Assembly: GCA_013265495.1 (NCBI GenBank)
Contig: MU058650.1
Coordinates: 1,244,267 to 1,268,234 of the forward strand
Length of the DNA: 23,968 nucleotides
Reading direction: 5' to 3'
Source of the DNA: Vicugna vicugna
Lineage: Eukaryota
Shown: piece by piece, positions 11,550 to 22,400 of the stretch
How positions within the stretch are numbered: the stretch's first letter is position 1
Layout: every line of letters begins with the position of its first letter
Program-made: the position numbers and the translations under genes
The notes under the pieces: generated by a model
Told to the model about the DNA's origin: nothing
What the model saw: only the letters and a program-made list of their open reading frames with translations
Database searches by the model: none

Positions 11550-13223
11550 TCAGAGTCACACTTTATTCCTTTCTCTCATCCCAGGTTCATACTGTCAGGA
11601 AATCTTGTCAGCAATACCTTTAAAACATACAAAATCCAACTACTCACTACATCCACTGCTACCATGTCACCGTTACTTCTAACCTTGCCTCCTGACCCTA
11701 CACTCAGCTTTAACACTCGCTCCTTAAAATATATTCTCAACCTAGCAATCAGGGAGATTTAAAAATACAAGTCAGATCATGTCACGTCTGCTCAGAATCT
11801 TTTAATGGTTCCCCATCTCACTTATAATAGAAGCCAAATTTTTTATGATGGCCTTCAAGGCCCTTATAACAAGATCTAACTCTCTGTTGCTTCGCTGACC
11901 TCATATCTCTCTCCTGTCCTTACTTTGCTCTACCTTGAGTACATCAGACATGCTTCTGCCTTGGGGTCTTTGCAGTGACTGCTTCCTCTGCCTGGAATAC
12001 TCTCCCCCATCACCCCCCATGGCCAGCCTCCCATTGGCTTCCCCGTGGCCATCTGTGTTTGAGAAGAGTGCTTCTGAGGGAATTAGTTGTGTGTAAGAAG
12101 GGAAGGCTAGAGGGGCAGGGGTATGGCGAACGTTGACATCCTGTTAGTGAAGAAGAGCCGGTGAGTGTGATCGTGCTAGACTTAACAGCAGTTGGTAAGT
12201 TACATAGCCTGCTTGTTACTCTGAGGGATGATGAGAGAATGAAAGCAGGGAGACTTTGTGGCACACCGGGAAAGGTTAGGCGGCCATCAGTGAGCCACGG
12301 GAACATGAATCAAGGTTCATAGTTTGAAGGTGTCTTCACTTATCAGTAAGACATTCTGTCTTGTAGACGGTGGGTTTGGTGTCCTTGCTGCTTAGTTACG
12401 ATTTAACAATACGCTCTTCAGTTTAACAGAGAGTAGGTCAAAGAGCTGCTTGAGCATCGTTTCTGGAATCTGTTGTAAAACCTTCATGGGAAGATTCAGT
12501 TATTTAATTTCTCCTTTAACTGAGTGTTAGAGGAAAATGCTCCTGGAGTTAACATTGTGTGTTTCATCAAGTAGGAGACAGTGCTGACTGTCACTTTGCC
12601 ACAGCTGCGTTCAGAGCCTAGTGAGCGGTTACCTCAGATACCTGTTTATTCTAATCCCTTTGTACTATTTTGAGTTTTAATTGCAGGACTTACACTGTGT
12701 TTAATTTTATAAGTTGCCAGGAAAGTTGTCTTGATCAAGTATCCTCTTAAGAGGGTATTAGGATTCTCCATGTCATAGTCAAGAAAAGATTTGCACGCTC
12801 TTCCTGTGATTCTTCCATATTTGTTTACTTGCACACCCTTTCCTCAGAGGGGAGAGTAAATAAAGAAATGATGGTTATAGGAAAATAATAACAGTAGAAA
12901 ATGTGAAGCTGGCCTTAAGGGTAGTACTCAGAGTACATACCAGAGAACGGCAAATCTGACCGAGTTTCTCATTAGCCAGTACTAAGGAGAGCAGAGTTAC
13001 CTACAGGAATCACTCAAGTTCTTTAGGTGAAAACAAACCAGTTGTTGAGGGGAGAAGCACAGCTAACCCCAGTGCTGAATTTTGAGGGAGACTCTCCGGT
13101 GGGTTCTTATGATAAGAGAACTTTGTGATAAAAGTGGGCACCTGGGGCGGGACAGTACAGTGACTTTTAAAATCAGCCGTGTCTGTAGCTGCAGGAAGTA
13201 CCATGTGCTTTCACAGTGTTAGT

Positions 13224-13466
13224 CAGTGGTCCTTAACCTTTCTAGCGTCCTAGACCCTGCAACACTTTTATGTAGTTTTCTCATGAATTTGAGAAACGTT
13301 TAGGTTCTGAACTCACGTCAAGGGTTCTGATCCAGCAGGTCTGAGGTAGGTTTTATAAATTTATCTGTAACCACCAGCTCAGGCGACCCTGATATAGGTT
13401 CTTACCAGACCATATGTTTAGAAGCTGCCTCTGGATTACAATTTCAGGGAGTTTGAAGATTCCATT
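13224..13466. mobile_element. hAT-type MITE remnants (MER5-like core ~13310-13430)
   Basis: 'cagtggtccttaaccttt' TIR-like start. 'ttctgatccagcaggtctgaggtagg...caggcgaccctgat...gaccatatgtttagaagc' resembles MER5A. Confidence 0.55.
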
Positions 13467-13599
13467 CAGTACACAATCTTAATTTGATACAAGCGAGCAA
13501 CATTCTCAACAACTGTATAGTGAAAAATGATAATGAGATTCAGAGAAGTATTTGCTGCTGCAGTGTTAGTAATGACTCGTTGAAATGTATTGCTTTGAT

Positions 13600-14050
13600 C
13601 AGTAAACTTGAAAAGGAGCAGTACTCATGACTAACATATGTGGGGTCTCTGTCTAATAATGAATTGATTTTTTTTCTTAATATCAAATTCACATTCCTGG
13701 AATAAACATGCATGATTATGAGGTGTTTGTGTGTGTGTTTTGTTTGTTTGTTTTATTTTTATTTTATTTTTTCCCTTAGTGGAGAACTGGGAATTGAACC
13801 CAGGACCTTGTGCATGCTAGGCAGGCACTCTGCCACTGAGCTCTACCCTCCCCCCATGAGGATATGTCACTTGTTTAATTTATTGATATTTATTTAAGAC
13901 TTTGCATCTGTGTTTTCCTGTTAGATTGGTCTAGAGTTGCCATTTCTTGTTCTCTTCTCACCAATTTGGTATCAGAGTTTGTTAGCATTATAAAGTGAGA
14001 AAGGTGTCTTTCAGGTGTTTTCCTGCCTTAATTTTCAGAGTTTATATGGA
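13600..14050 (-). mobile_element. Old L1M ORF2 fragment (hosts a SINE)
   Basis: 'cacattcctggaataaac', 'tttgcatctgtgtt...attggtctagagtt' and 'tttggtatcagagt' match antisense L1 ORF2. Confidence 0.75.
13724..13855 (-). mobile_element. tRNA-Ala-derived SINE (camelid Vic-1-like)
   Basis: Minus strand ggggggagggtagagctcagtggcagagtgcctgcctagcatgcacaaggtcctgggttcaattcccagttctcca (A and B boxes) with an A-rich tail. TSD core ATGAGG at 13718-13723 and 13856-13861. Confidence 0.9.
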
Positions 14051-14079
14051 TTTTTCCACAAATCATCTACTGTTTGTGA

Positions 14080-14741
14080 GGAGTATAGGGCACAGACTCT
14101 AGACACGAGACCACCCTTACTTCTGACACGAGCTGCAAGTTTGGGGGTTCCCAAAGCCACCCTGAGATTCGCTTAAATTCATTAGAAACACTCATAGATC
14201 GTGCTGAAAGCTGCTCTGCTCATGGTTATGGTTTGTTAAGGGAAAGGATACAGATGAGAATCAGCTAAAGGAAGAAGCAGCGTCCGGGAGGGTCAGACTC
14301 CGCGCTTTTCTCATCCTCTCTGGTGCTGTCAGGTGGCGTTTCTCTCCTTCCCTCCTTAAGTGACAGGGACAGGACGTGTAAGTACTGTCAGCCAGGGGAG
14401 CTCATCCAGCCTTTGGTGTCCAGAATTTTTATTAAGGCCTCGTCGTGTACTCATTGCTCCTGTGGGTAATCTCAGGCTCCAGATTGGTTACCCAACCCCC
14501 CTACCTTAAGCCACATTGTTGGTGTTTCTAGATTGGCCGCCCCCCACCCTGACTGTATGGTTTGCTAGCCCCCTCTTTAAATCCCACTGCTAGATTATCC
14601 AGTATGACCCAAGGTCCCCAGGCAAACAAAGACTCTCTTATCAGATAGAACATTCCAAGGGCGCAGAGGTACTACCTACTCCGAGCCAATGGCAAAGGCC
14701 AGACCTAGTCAGTGAGCAAGGCTGAACTTTCCACACATACG
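14080..14741 (-). mobile_element. MER21C-like solo LTR (ERVL)
   Basis: Motifs 'cacccttacttctgacac...gcaagtttgggggttccc', 'gaaaggatacagat..aatcagc', 'gaacattccaaggg' and 'ggcaaaggccagacct'. Confidence 0.8.
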
Positions 14742-15152
14742 GCTGACTTTTTTTTTTTTCTTTTATGGTTGCTTCCTGTGATTCCTTGGTACCAGATTTA
14801 GTTTTTAGGGATTCTGTTATGGAAAATTGATTCTTTCAAATTTCTCTAGATGTCTCTTGAGATAAAAATAACAGACACTTCTGACTTAACTGCATTTAAA
14901 TTAAACTATTCTTTTTTTTTTTTCAAGAATAAAGGTTCTCTTCAGTTTGAAGACAAATGGGATTTCATGCGTCCAATTGTTTTGAAGCTTTTACGCCAGG
15001 AGTCTGTTACAAAACAGCAGTGGTTTGATCTATTTTCGTAAGTAATCCATTCATTCTGATTTTTTACTAACATTAAGGAAATGTGGTGACCGTAATCAAA
15101 TGGAATTCTGGCTCCAGGTGGGTCTGTTTACCTGTTTGAAATTTTTACTGGT

Positions 15153-15700
15153 TGTGTTGGGGGTCCCTAAGACCACCTCTAGGTTCAGTCATTTGCTAGG
15201 AGGACTCAGGGCTGAACGTAAAGTCGGACTCACAGCTGTGATTTATTATGCAAAAGAATACAAAGCAAAACTACCAAAGGGAAAGGCATGTGGGGTCAAG
15301 TGTGGGGAAGAGCAGGCACAGATTTCCAAGAGTACCCTCCCAGTGGAGTCACACAGGACCCATTTAATTCCCCAGCAATGAGACTGACAGCGTATGTGAT
15401 TCGTTTCTATCAGGGAAGCTCACTGGAGATTCAGTACCCAGAGTTTTTCCTGGGGGCTGGTCATATAGGCAGCCTTTGCCTGGCATGTACCAAAATTCCA
15501 GACTCTCAGGAAGAGCAGGTGTTCAGGGTAGACCATATTGTTTGTACAAACGGTTTAGGCACAGTGAGCCATTCTTATCATTTCAGGAAATCTTTATATC
15601 ACTGTAGGAAACTGTTGAGCATTCAAGTTCTCAGATACCAGCCAAGGCCAAGCAGGCTTTTCTAAGGAATACAGTCTCAGCTCTGCTGTGTTAATAACTT
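15153..15700 (-). mobile_element. MER21A/B-like LTR; 3' LTR of the provirus-like element
   Basis: Minus strand ends ...ggtggtcttagggacccccaacaCA at 15153. Collinear with 18514-19060 (e.g. shared gctggtcatataggcagc and aggcacagtgagcc). Confidence 0.88.
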
Positions 15701-18199
15701 TGGGCCTTTGGCCAGAATGTCTTTACAGCAACACTAGTACCAGTAGGATGCTCCCCCACCCCCACCCCTATGTGCAGCAAGGCAAGACCAACTTGTTATA
15801 CCTTTTAGAGGGCCTAGATTTAGCTAATTAAAATAAATCCCGCCAACCATGAGGCTTACCTCACAAAAACAGGTAGCTTTCTCCTTCTGTTTCTGTATGA
15901 ACCTTTTCTGCATGGCAAAATGAGGCATCAATTGAGGCAAACTGCAACTCTGGCCATAAAGTTGAATTAGACCTGAGAATTTTCCAGGGTTGAAGCAGTG
16001 TCATGATGGTCAGGGCACACACACAAAACAGTGCAGTTTCAGAGGAGCCGCACGGTACCCCGGAAACAAAGAGTTTGCAGTTGTTAGGGCACTCCAGGAA
16101 AGACCGACACGCGTCAGGTAGTGTAGGTTGACAAGGCCCTCAGTGTGTCCTCCTCCCACGGGGCGTCTTGCTCTATAGAGTTCTCAAATCCAGTCCAGTA
16201 AATTCGGTTCAGGCCTTCTTTTCAGATGGACGAAGGCGGTTATTTCACACTGTGTCCGTGACGCCATTTCATTTGCCTTGTGGTGTCGATGCCACTTAGA
16301 GATCTCCTTTGTGAACGATGTAGGAATTTGGCCTGCTCGCTGCTGCCTCAGAGCACTGTTAGGCGTGATTGGAAGCTCAGTATTCCGTTTGAATTCAAAG
16401 CACTCACAACAGTGTAGAAAGCTGAGAACAGGAGTTTTCCCTTAGGAAGAAGGGAAGACTTTCAAGAATACTTAGGAAAAACAAAAATCATTGACGTCCT
16501 CCTCCCATGTGCCTCACTAGATACTGGGTTTTATTTTTTGTCTCTATAAAATCAGTGTGCCCCATTCATTAATGAAATCTTTTCATTTTTTCCTAATCCA
16601 GACCTGAAAGAGGAATGAAAACATTTTTGCAGAAAAACATTTTTGTACAACTTAACTAGAAAAACATATTGAAATCCCAAATGTTCAAAAAATTTCAAAA
16701 TAAGTTTACATTACCTCCCACCCCTTTTGTCCTGATCATTTACCCAGTGAGCAGCCTAGAAAAGATTTAATTCCTTTCTGGAGATGGCTGTGTTTAATAA
16801 TGAAGTTGCCTTACTAAGGTGTGTGTGAGGATGGGTTAGGTGAAGGTGAGGGAAATAAAATCAGGTTATTAATCCACTGTTGAAAACTACAACTAATCCT
16901 GAGAGCTGGACACAAGCCCATGGCAGTGAGACATCCCTGAGCCATGAATCCAGTCTGCTTGGAGCAAGTAGAGTGTACCCTCCCAAGCTGCAGCTTTTGG
17001 TAGTAACCACAAGTTAGTAACGCACTTCAGGTCTGAATACCTGGTGCAGAGCCCATCAGCAGCTTGATTGCAGATGGCCCCGGCGGAGAAGGAGCCCTGT
17101 TCTTTGGGCATCTGCAAGTGGTTCAGGTGGTCTAACCAGAAGCCATGATGTCATCAGTCTGTGGCTTCACAGAGGATGTCTTAAATCTTCAGCAGTCCCC
17201 AAGGCAGAGTCCTGCTCACCAAGCATGAGCCTGCTTTAGTTCAGCACAGCTCGTGTTGAGGGTCAGACAGCCCAGTGTCAGACAGTGTCAGGTGTCTGCT
17301 GAGAGTCAGATCCAAGCACTCAGAATCTGTGAGTTCAGGATTCCAAAAAAGCCAATGGCTTTAGTTAAGCGGTAGCATAACCAAGGTACTGCAGACGCCA
17401 CAGTCATGTCCTAAGTCCAGGTGACAAGCAAGACTTTTCTAAACCCTTTTTAACTTGTCAATCTTAGAGAACAAATTAATCCACTCAAAAATATGCACAT
17501 CAGGCTGGAAAATCATCAGCTTTTCAGAGTCAGACGTCCGATTTCACAAGAGCTCAGTAGCAACTAAAAACTGCTTTTTAATACTCCAAAAGTGTATTTC
17601 TGTCTGGAAATTTCCTTTATTTTCATGTTGCTTCCCTTTTCTCAGAGATGCCAATAGGTAAAAATAATAATAAATGACGTCCATTATGGAGATTTGTTCT
17701 GTTTCCAATGCTCAGACAGTTTAAATTCCAATCCCTTTACCAGCAGTAAAAAGCAAGGAAGTTGTGTCTCACTAAGTTTTTATTTTGCAACTTTTCCTGA
17801 TTGATATGTTCCCTCTAGCATTTATGAAAGTACAAGCATGTAATATTTTATATCTTTATTTATCATACATTCAGATGCAGTAGCCACAAAGTACAAAGCC
17901 ATCTTTTAAACATCCCCTACCCCTTTTTTTCTCGTTACAAATTTATTCAAACTCTTAGCAATGAATTTAGCATTTCCAGTATTAACATTACAGTTGCCGG
18001 GAGATCCTGACTGGCATGTAAGAGGCGTTGGACGGCCTGCAGCAGCAGTAGTCAGGCTAGAGAAACAGCTGGAGTGGTCCCTTGGTTATCTGAAGCTGTC
18101 TTCAGCTCTGAGATCTAATAGAACTGTTAATTCCTCGTGCTTAGAGGATAGACCAAACATTTTCACATTGTGGTCCACCCAAAGCTTACCTTTGACAAC

Positions 18200-18484
18200 T
18201 TCAGGCCTTTTCTCCTCCTACTTGGAGGCGAGAACAAAACCCAAAGGCGTCCTTTTCCTCCTCTCACTCGGATCAACATGGCCAGAAACAGCTAGGGGGC
18301 TGAATGAGCCAGCCGTACTGAGGTTAGAGCTATCATTGTCAAATTTCATAGGTAGCTCTTACCTCTTGCAGCAGATAGCACCTCAGCTGCTGGTTCACAC
18401 GGTGGATGAGCTCATAAGCACACAAGCAGCAAAGTTTCATCATGCAACTTCATCTTTCCTTTTCTCAGACAGTGCTTTCACCAT
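18200..18484 (-). pseudogene. Decayed gag-like N-terminal reading frame
   Basis: ATG at 18484, just after the PBS. Reads MVKALSEKRKDEV, then a frameshift, then HDETLLLVCL*AHPPCEPAAEVLSAARGKSYL*NLTMIALTSVRLAHSAP*LFLAMLIRVR. The position fits gag; homology is from memory only. Confidence 0.45.
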
Positions 18485-18492
18485 GTTTAATA

Positions 18493-18511
18493 AATCCCAC
18501 TTCTGACACCA
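18493..18511 (-). promoter_or_regulatory. Primer-binding site for tRNA-Leu(CAA)
   Basis: + strand AATCCCACTTCTGACACCA matches the mammalian tRNA-Leu-CAA 3' end including CCA. On the minus strand it lies immediately downstream of the 5' LTR. Confidence 0.92.
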
Positions 18512-18513
18512 AC

Positions 18514-19060
18514 CACGTCAGTGGTCTGAGGACCACCCCCAGGTTCAGTGATTGCTAGGAAGACTCAGGACTCGGCATATAGCTGTATTCATGGCTGCCG
18601 TTTATCACAGTGAAGGATACAAGGCAAAATGCAACAAAGGTGCACGTGGGAAAGTCCAGGGGGAACCAGGCACAATGTTCTGAGCGCCCTCTCCCGTTGG
18701 AGCACATCCACTTGAGTCCTCCAGCACCTCATCGTGACAACACATGTGAAATGCCGTCTGCCAGGGAAACTCCTTAAAGGCTCAGGGTCCAGGGCTTTTA
18801 CTGAAGGAGCTGGTCATATAGGCAGCTTCTGCCTGACATGAACCAAAATCCCAGACTCCCAGACAAAAAACGAGTGTTCAGCATAAATCAGATACTTTAC
18901 ATAAACAGTTGAGGCACAGTGAGCCGTTGTGATCAGGAAATGGTGAGAACCCTCACAAAATCCAAATTCCCATGTGCCAGCCAAGGGCCACCAGCCTTGC
19001 AGCCATGTCTTGTAGGCGTGGTAGTTTCAGCCCTGCTGTAATGTTTGTTGGCGTGTGCAC
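18514..19060 (-). mobile_element. MER21A/B-like LTR; 5' LTR of the provirus-like element
   Basis: Homologous to 15153-15700 and followed by the PBS on the minus strand. Confidence 0.88.
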
Positions 19061-20051
19061 TAGGGAGAGACTGTGTCAGTGAGTCGTAGATGTGTGAATG
19101 AATAATCTGCACACATTAGGCTGTTGTGCTCATTTTTTCTCTTTATCATATAAGGAGGGTCTAATCCTAAACAATGTAGAATTTACTGCTTGATAGTAAT
19201 TGACGTATATCCATGATTCTGCCTTTTGAGTTCGGTAAGAAGCAACTGAGACCTTTTTGGAACTTTATAGCATTCATGTATACATATAATTTTCTTAAGT
19301 TATTTGATTAAACATATTTTATGACTAATATGTTGAATGTTGTGGGGGTTTTGGTTTTGTCAATTTGTGTTGATTATATAATCTGTTATCTAGAATAATG
19401 CTGCTTCTGTGCAGATTCCTGAGTGGGAAAAGGAGCGTAGTGTGGTGGTGTTTCCTGCTTGAAGTTACTTCCAAGCAGAAATAGTCAGTAACCTTGTACT
19501 TGATCCAGTTAGTGGCCTCAGCACAACATTTTTTAAAAATCCTTGATCTCCTTAGAGTTACCGAAGGCTGCTCAGCACATAAATCCTTTTAGGTTAAAGG
19601 ATTCCTGTATGTCCTATCATGCTTTCACCAAAACTGTAAAACCTACATTAGTTAAAACCTTTCTAAATTTTAACCTATTTAGCCATGTTAACTAATAACA
19701 TTTAGCTTGTTTATGTCTTTCTAAATCTGCAGTACTAAAATGCTGTATTGGTATTAAACTACGTTGGTTGTTTGCCCCCCTTTTCCCGTAACCTGTATCA
19801 CTGTTTCTCAGTCCAGGCGCTCTTGGCACTTTGGGTGTTGTGCATGTTGTGGGGTGTTTGTCACCTCTGGCCTTCACCCTCATGAACTGTGTGTCCTCCC
19901 TTCTCCACCCCTCATCGTTTCCAGTGTCCTGAGGAGGCAGTGAGCCCCTCAGCTGAGAACTGCTCCTGTAGATACATACTGTTTGGTTCCAGTCTGATTT
20001 GTAAAATTGAGGTCAAAATTAAATAATGAATTACTTTCAATGTATGAGACT

Positions 20052-20195
20052 TTTTTAAATGAATTTTTACTTTAAAAATTTTAATTTATGTATTTACTTA
20101 TTTAATTAATGAATGGAGGTACTGGAAATTGAACCCAGGACCTCGTGCATGCCAAACATGAGCTCTACCACAGAACTGGTCCCCCCAACTCCACC
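20052..20195 (-). mobile_element. tRNA-Ala-derived SINE (Vic-1-like)
   Basis: + strand tggaggtactggaaattgaacccaggacctcgtgcatgccaaacatgagctctaccac with a T-rich tail. TSD atgagact (20044-20051) / acgagact (20196-20203). Confidence 0.88.
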
Positions 20196-20229
20196 ACGAG
20201 ACTCTATTTCTAAGAGAATTCATCTTTAC

Positions 20230-20720
20230 TATAAATAATTTTTCTGTTTTTCTTGTTCCTAAGTTGGTTTTTGTGACAACACTTTCTCCTGTTTTTTCTC
20301 TTATCTCTTGTGTGCCTCGGCTCTGTCATCTTAGATGACTTGTCCTTTTGTGCCCCTTAATTACTGGTTTCCTCCAGAGTTCCATTTTTTTCCTTATTCT
20401 TTTACCTGAGATCTCGTATCTTTATAAGGAATCTGGGTTATTCTCCAAAGTTGAACTTCTGTACCCACATGGCCTGTGGTTCCCTGCATGTGTCTGTCCC
20501 TTAAGTTCCATAAATACTTCAGATTTAGAATGATGAAAATCTGTTACAGTCTCAACCGACAATCTGGAGGCTACCATCAACCTCCTGTTTTTGTGCTCCT
20601 TCATGTCCAACTGATGATTAGATTTCACAGATTTTTATTTAATATGTCTTGAATTTCTTTCCATCCCACTTCTTTTCCCCACTGTCTTGGCTGAATGATT
20701 GCAGCAGTCCTCTACCTTTT
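20230..20720 (+). mobile_element. Degraded L2 fragments
   Basis: 'ctccaaagttgaactt', 'aatctggaggctaccatcaacctcct' and 'gattgcagcagtcctcta' resemble the L2 3' region. Confidence 0.55.
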
Positions 20721-20730
20721 TTATTGTATC

Positions 20731-21250
20731 TCTGTTAGTTGTCTATTGCTGCACAACAAATCACCTTAAAACTTGGAGCTTGAAATAACAAGCACGCAGT
20801 GTCTGTGCTGTTTCTGAGGGGCGGGCATCTGGTAGCATCTGAATAGGGCGGATCTAGCCCAGAGTCTCTCATGAGGTTGAGTCAGGCTCTAGGCAGAAGA
20901 CCTAGGTCTGTATTCAGCTAGGAGTGAATGATCTTCAGAGCTTACCCACACGATTGTTGTTGGCAGGCCTTGGTTCTTCCCTAGCTGCTCAGTTCCTCAC
21001 TGTGTGGAACTGTCCGTCAAGCTGTTTACCGTGTGGCAGCTTGCTTTCCCCAGAGCAAGAAAGAGTGCTTCCAGGACAGAAGTCATGGTGTTTTATAACA
21101 TAATTTTGAAAGTGACAGGCTATCACTTCTGTTGTATGCTACTGATCACATAGATAAATGCCTGTACACTGTAGGAGGGAACTGTACATGGATATGAATT
21201 CCAGCCAGAGGACAGGGATCATTGAGGGCCATCTTAGTGGCTGTACCCCG
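20731..21250 (-). mobile_element. MLT1F-like MaLR solo LTR
   Basis: Termini 'tgttagttgtctattgctgcacaacaaatcaccttaaaactt' and 'gggatcattgagggccatcttag'; internal 'gtctctcatgaggttg' and 'gaaagtgaca..ctatcacttctg'. Confidence 0.9.
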
Positions 21251-21254
21251 GAGG

Positions 21255-22400
21255 AAATAAATGATGCCAGGTTCAGAAGGTAAATCAAAAAACTTTCTAG
21301 TGTATATCATTAGGAATAAAATGAAAGAAGACTATTTTGAAAATGGAAGAGTCAAAATAAAGAGATTTTTCAAGTGGAAAGATGAGTTAAATAAATTTAA
21401 AAGATCAAATTACTGATTTGAAAAATAAAACCAGAGTTCTCCCGTAAAATAGAGCAAAGTATGGAAAATTAAATAAAAATTAAGACATACAGAGGATAGC
21501 TCTAGAATTGGGCTAACATATACTTAAGAGAGGTTCCAGAAGGAGAAGACGAAGTGTAGAGGAGAGGATGTAGTCCCAAAGGATAAGAAGAAAGTTTCCC
21601 AGGGCTGGAATCGTGTACCTTCCTACCCAGCCCTACAGATCTTCATATTGGAAGTGCTAAAAAAACATGCCTGTACATGTCCTTAAGGCATTTCAGAATT
21701 CCAAGGATAAAGAGTCCTAATTCTTGCAGAGAAAAAAAAAATCAGTTACCATTCAAGCAAAATAGACTCTCTGCACTCTTTTCATTGCCCAATGGATGCA
21801 GGAGGTTGATGAATTTTTCTTTAAATATCTAAAGGGGAATTCATTTGAATTTAGTATTTTATACCTAGTCAAGTTTTTAATCATATTTAAGGCAAGATGG
21901 ACATACTTTCAGACAAGTAAGGGTTTAGAAGACTGAAGGATCCTGCGGAAATAAAATAGGTACCCTTTCTCCTACTGTTACCAACATTGGCCATTAAAGA
22001 GATTGAGCTTTACTAAACTAAACTCAGCGAGGTGCTCTTGAACTAGGAATCCTGACCATGAGATAAATATACATAGAAAAAGTAGACATCATCAATCCAA
22101 AACTACAAAAAAGAACAAATTAAAATATTTTCGCTAATTAAAATTGTCCCACGGAAACCAGCTATGAAGCAGAAGAACACAAACAGAGCGCTCTGCTGAG
22201 CTCAGTACCTTCATGCAGCCATGTGGGGTTGCTTGTAAAACAAACTTGAGCTGAAAATTCAAAAACTAAGGAGGGAAATCAACAAAAATAGGAGGAAATG
22301 AAATGAAAATTAAACTCAGAAAACAAATAGAAAAAGACAAAATCATATCAGAAATTGATCATAATAGATGAAGAAAAAAACATGAGATAAGCTTTCCAAA
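21255..22400 (+). mobile_element. HAL1 / old L1M ORF1-like fragments (two pieces)
   Basis: A-rich strand with ORF1-like motifs 'aggttccagaaggagaa', 'atttcagaattccaaggataaagag' and 'tagtattttatacctagtcaa'. Confidence 0.65.

Larger units (their letters stand above)
8720..12032 (+). mobile_element. Long L2 (ORF2 RT region and 3' part), interrupted by an L1 piece and a solo LTR
   Basis: 10590 onward translates QSSFCPYHPTEVAVDRISV (cf. QSGFRPHHSTETALVKVTND). 10682 onward gives DPSGTFAQVDYSFFPDTLCLLGFRNTT (cf. DLSAAFDTVDHSLLLETLSSLGFRDTT). 3' motifs 'aagtcagatcatgtcac' and 'cctctgcctggaatactct' present. Confidence 0.9.
15701..18513 (-). mobile_element. Internal region of a non-autonomous ERVL-type element (MER21-int-like)
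   Basis: Bounded by two same-orientation homologous LTRs. Starts with a tRNA-Leu PBS. No pol or env motifs recognised. Confidence 0.75.

Noticed and set aside
12868..12960. ATGATGG...CTGA snoRNA-like spacing
   Set aside because: Imperfect box C and no closing stem.
13780..13855. Functional tRNA-Ala gene (also 20115-20185)
   Set aside because: Extended 5' G run, mismatched stems, A-rich tails and TSDs identify both as SINEs.
15100..15665. ORFs of 93 and 125 aa
   Set aside because: They lie almost wholly within the MER21-like LTR, on its antisense strand.
16147..16508. 12-bp direct repeat gtcctcctccca and 12-bp palindrome tttgaattcaaa (16388-16399)
   Set aside because: Too short to exceed chance, and the homology does not extend.
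17261..17310. Cluster of (T)GTCAG words, including a tandem cagtgtcag
   Set aside because: Explained by a small slippage duplication; no support for a regulatory array.
13718..20203. Both SINE TSDs begin with ATGAG
   Set aside because: Only two events and a 5-mer; not enough to claim target specificity.
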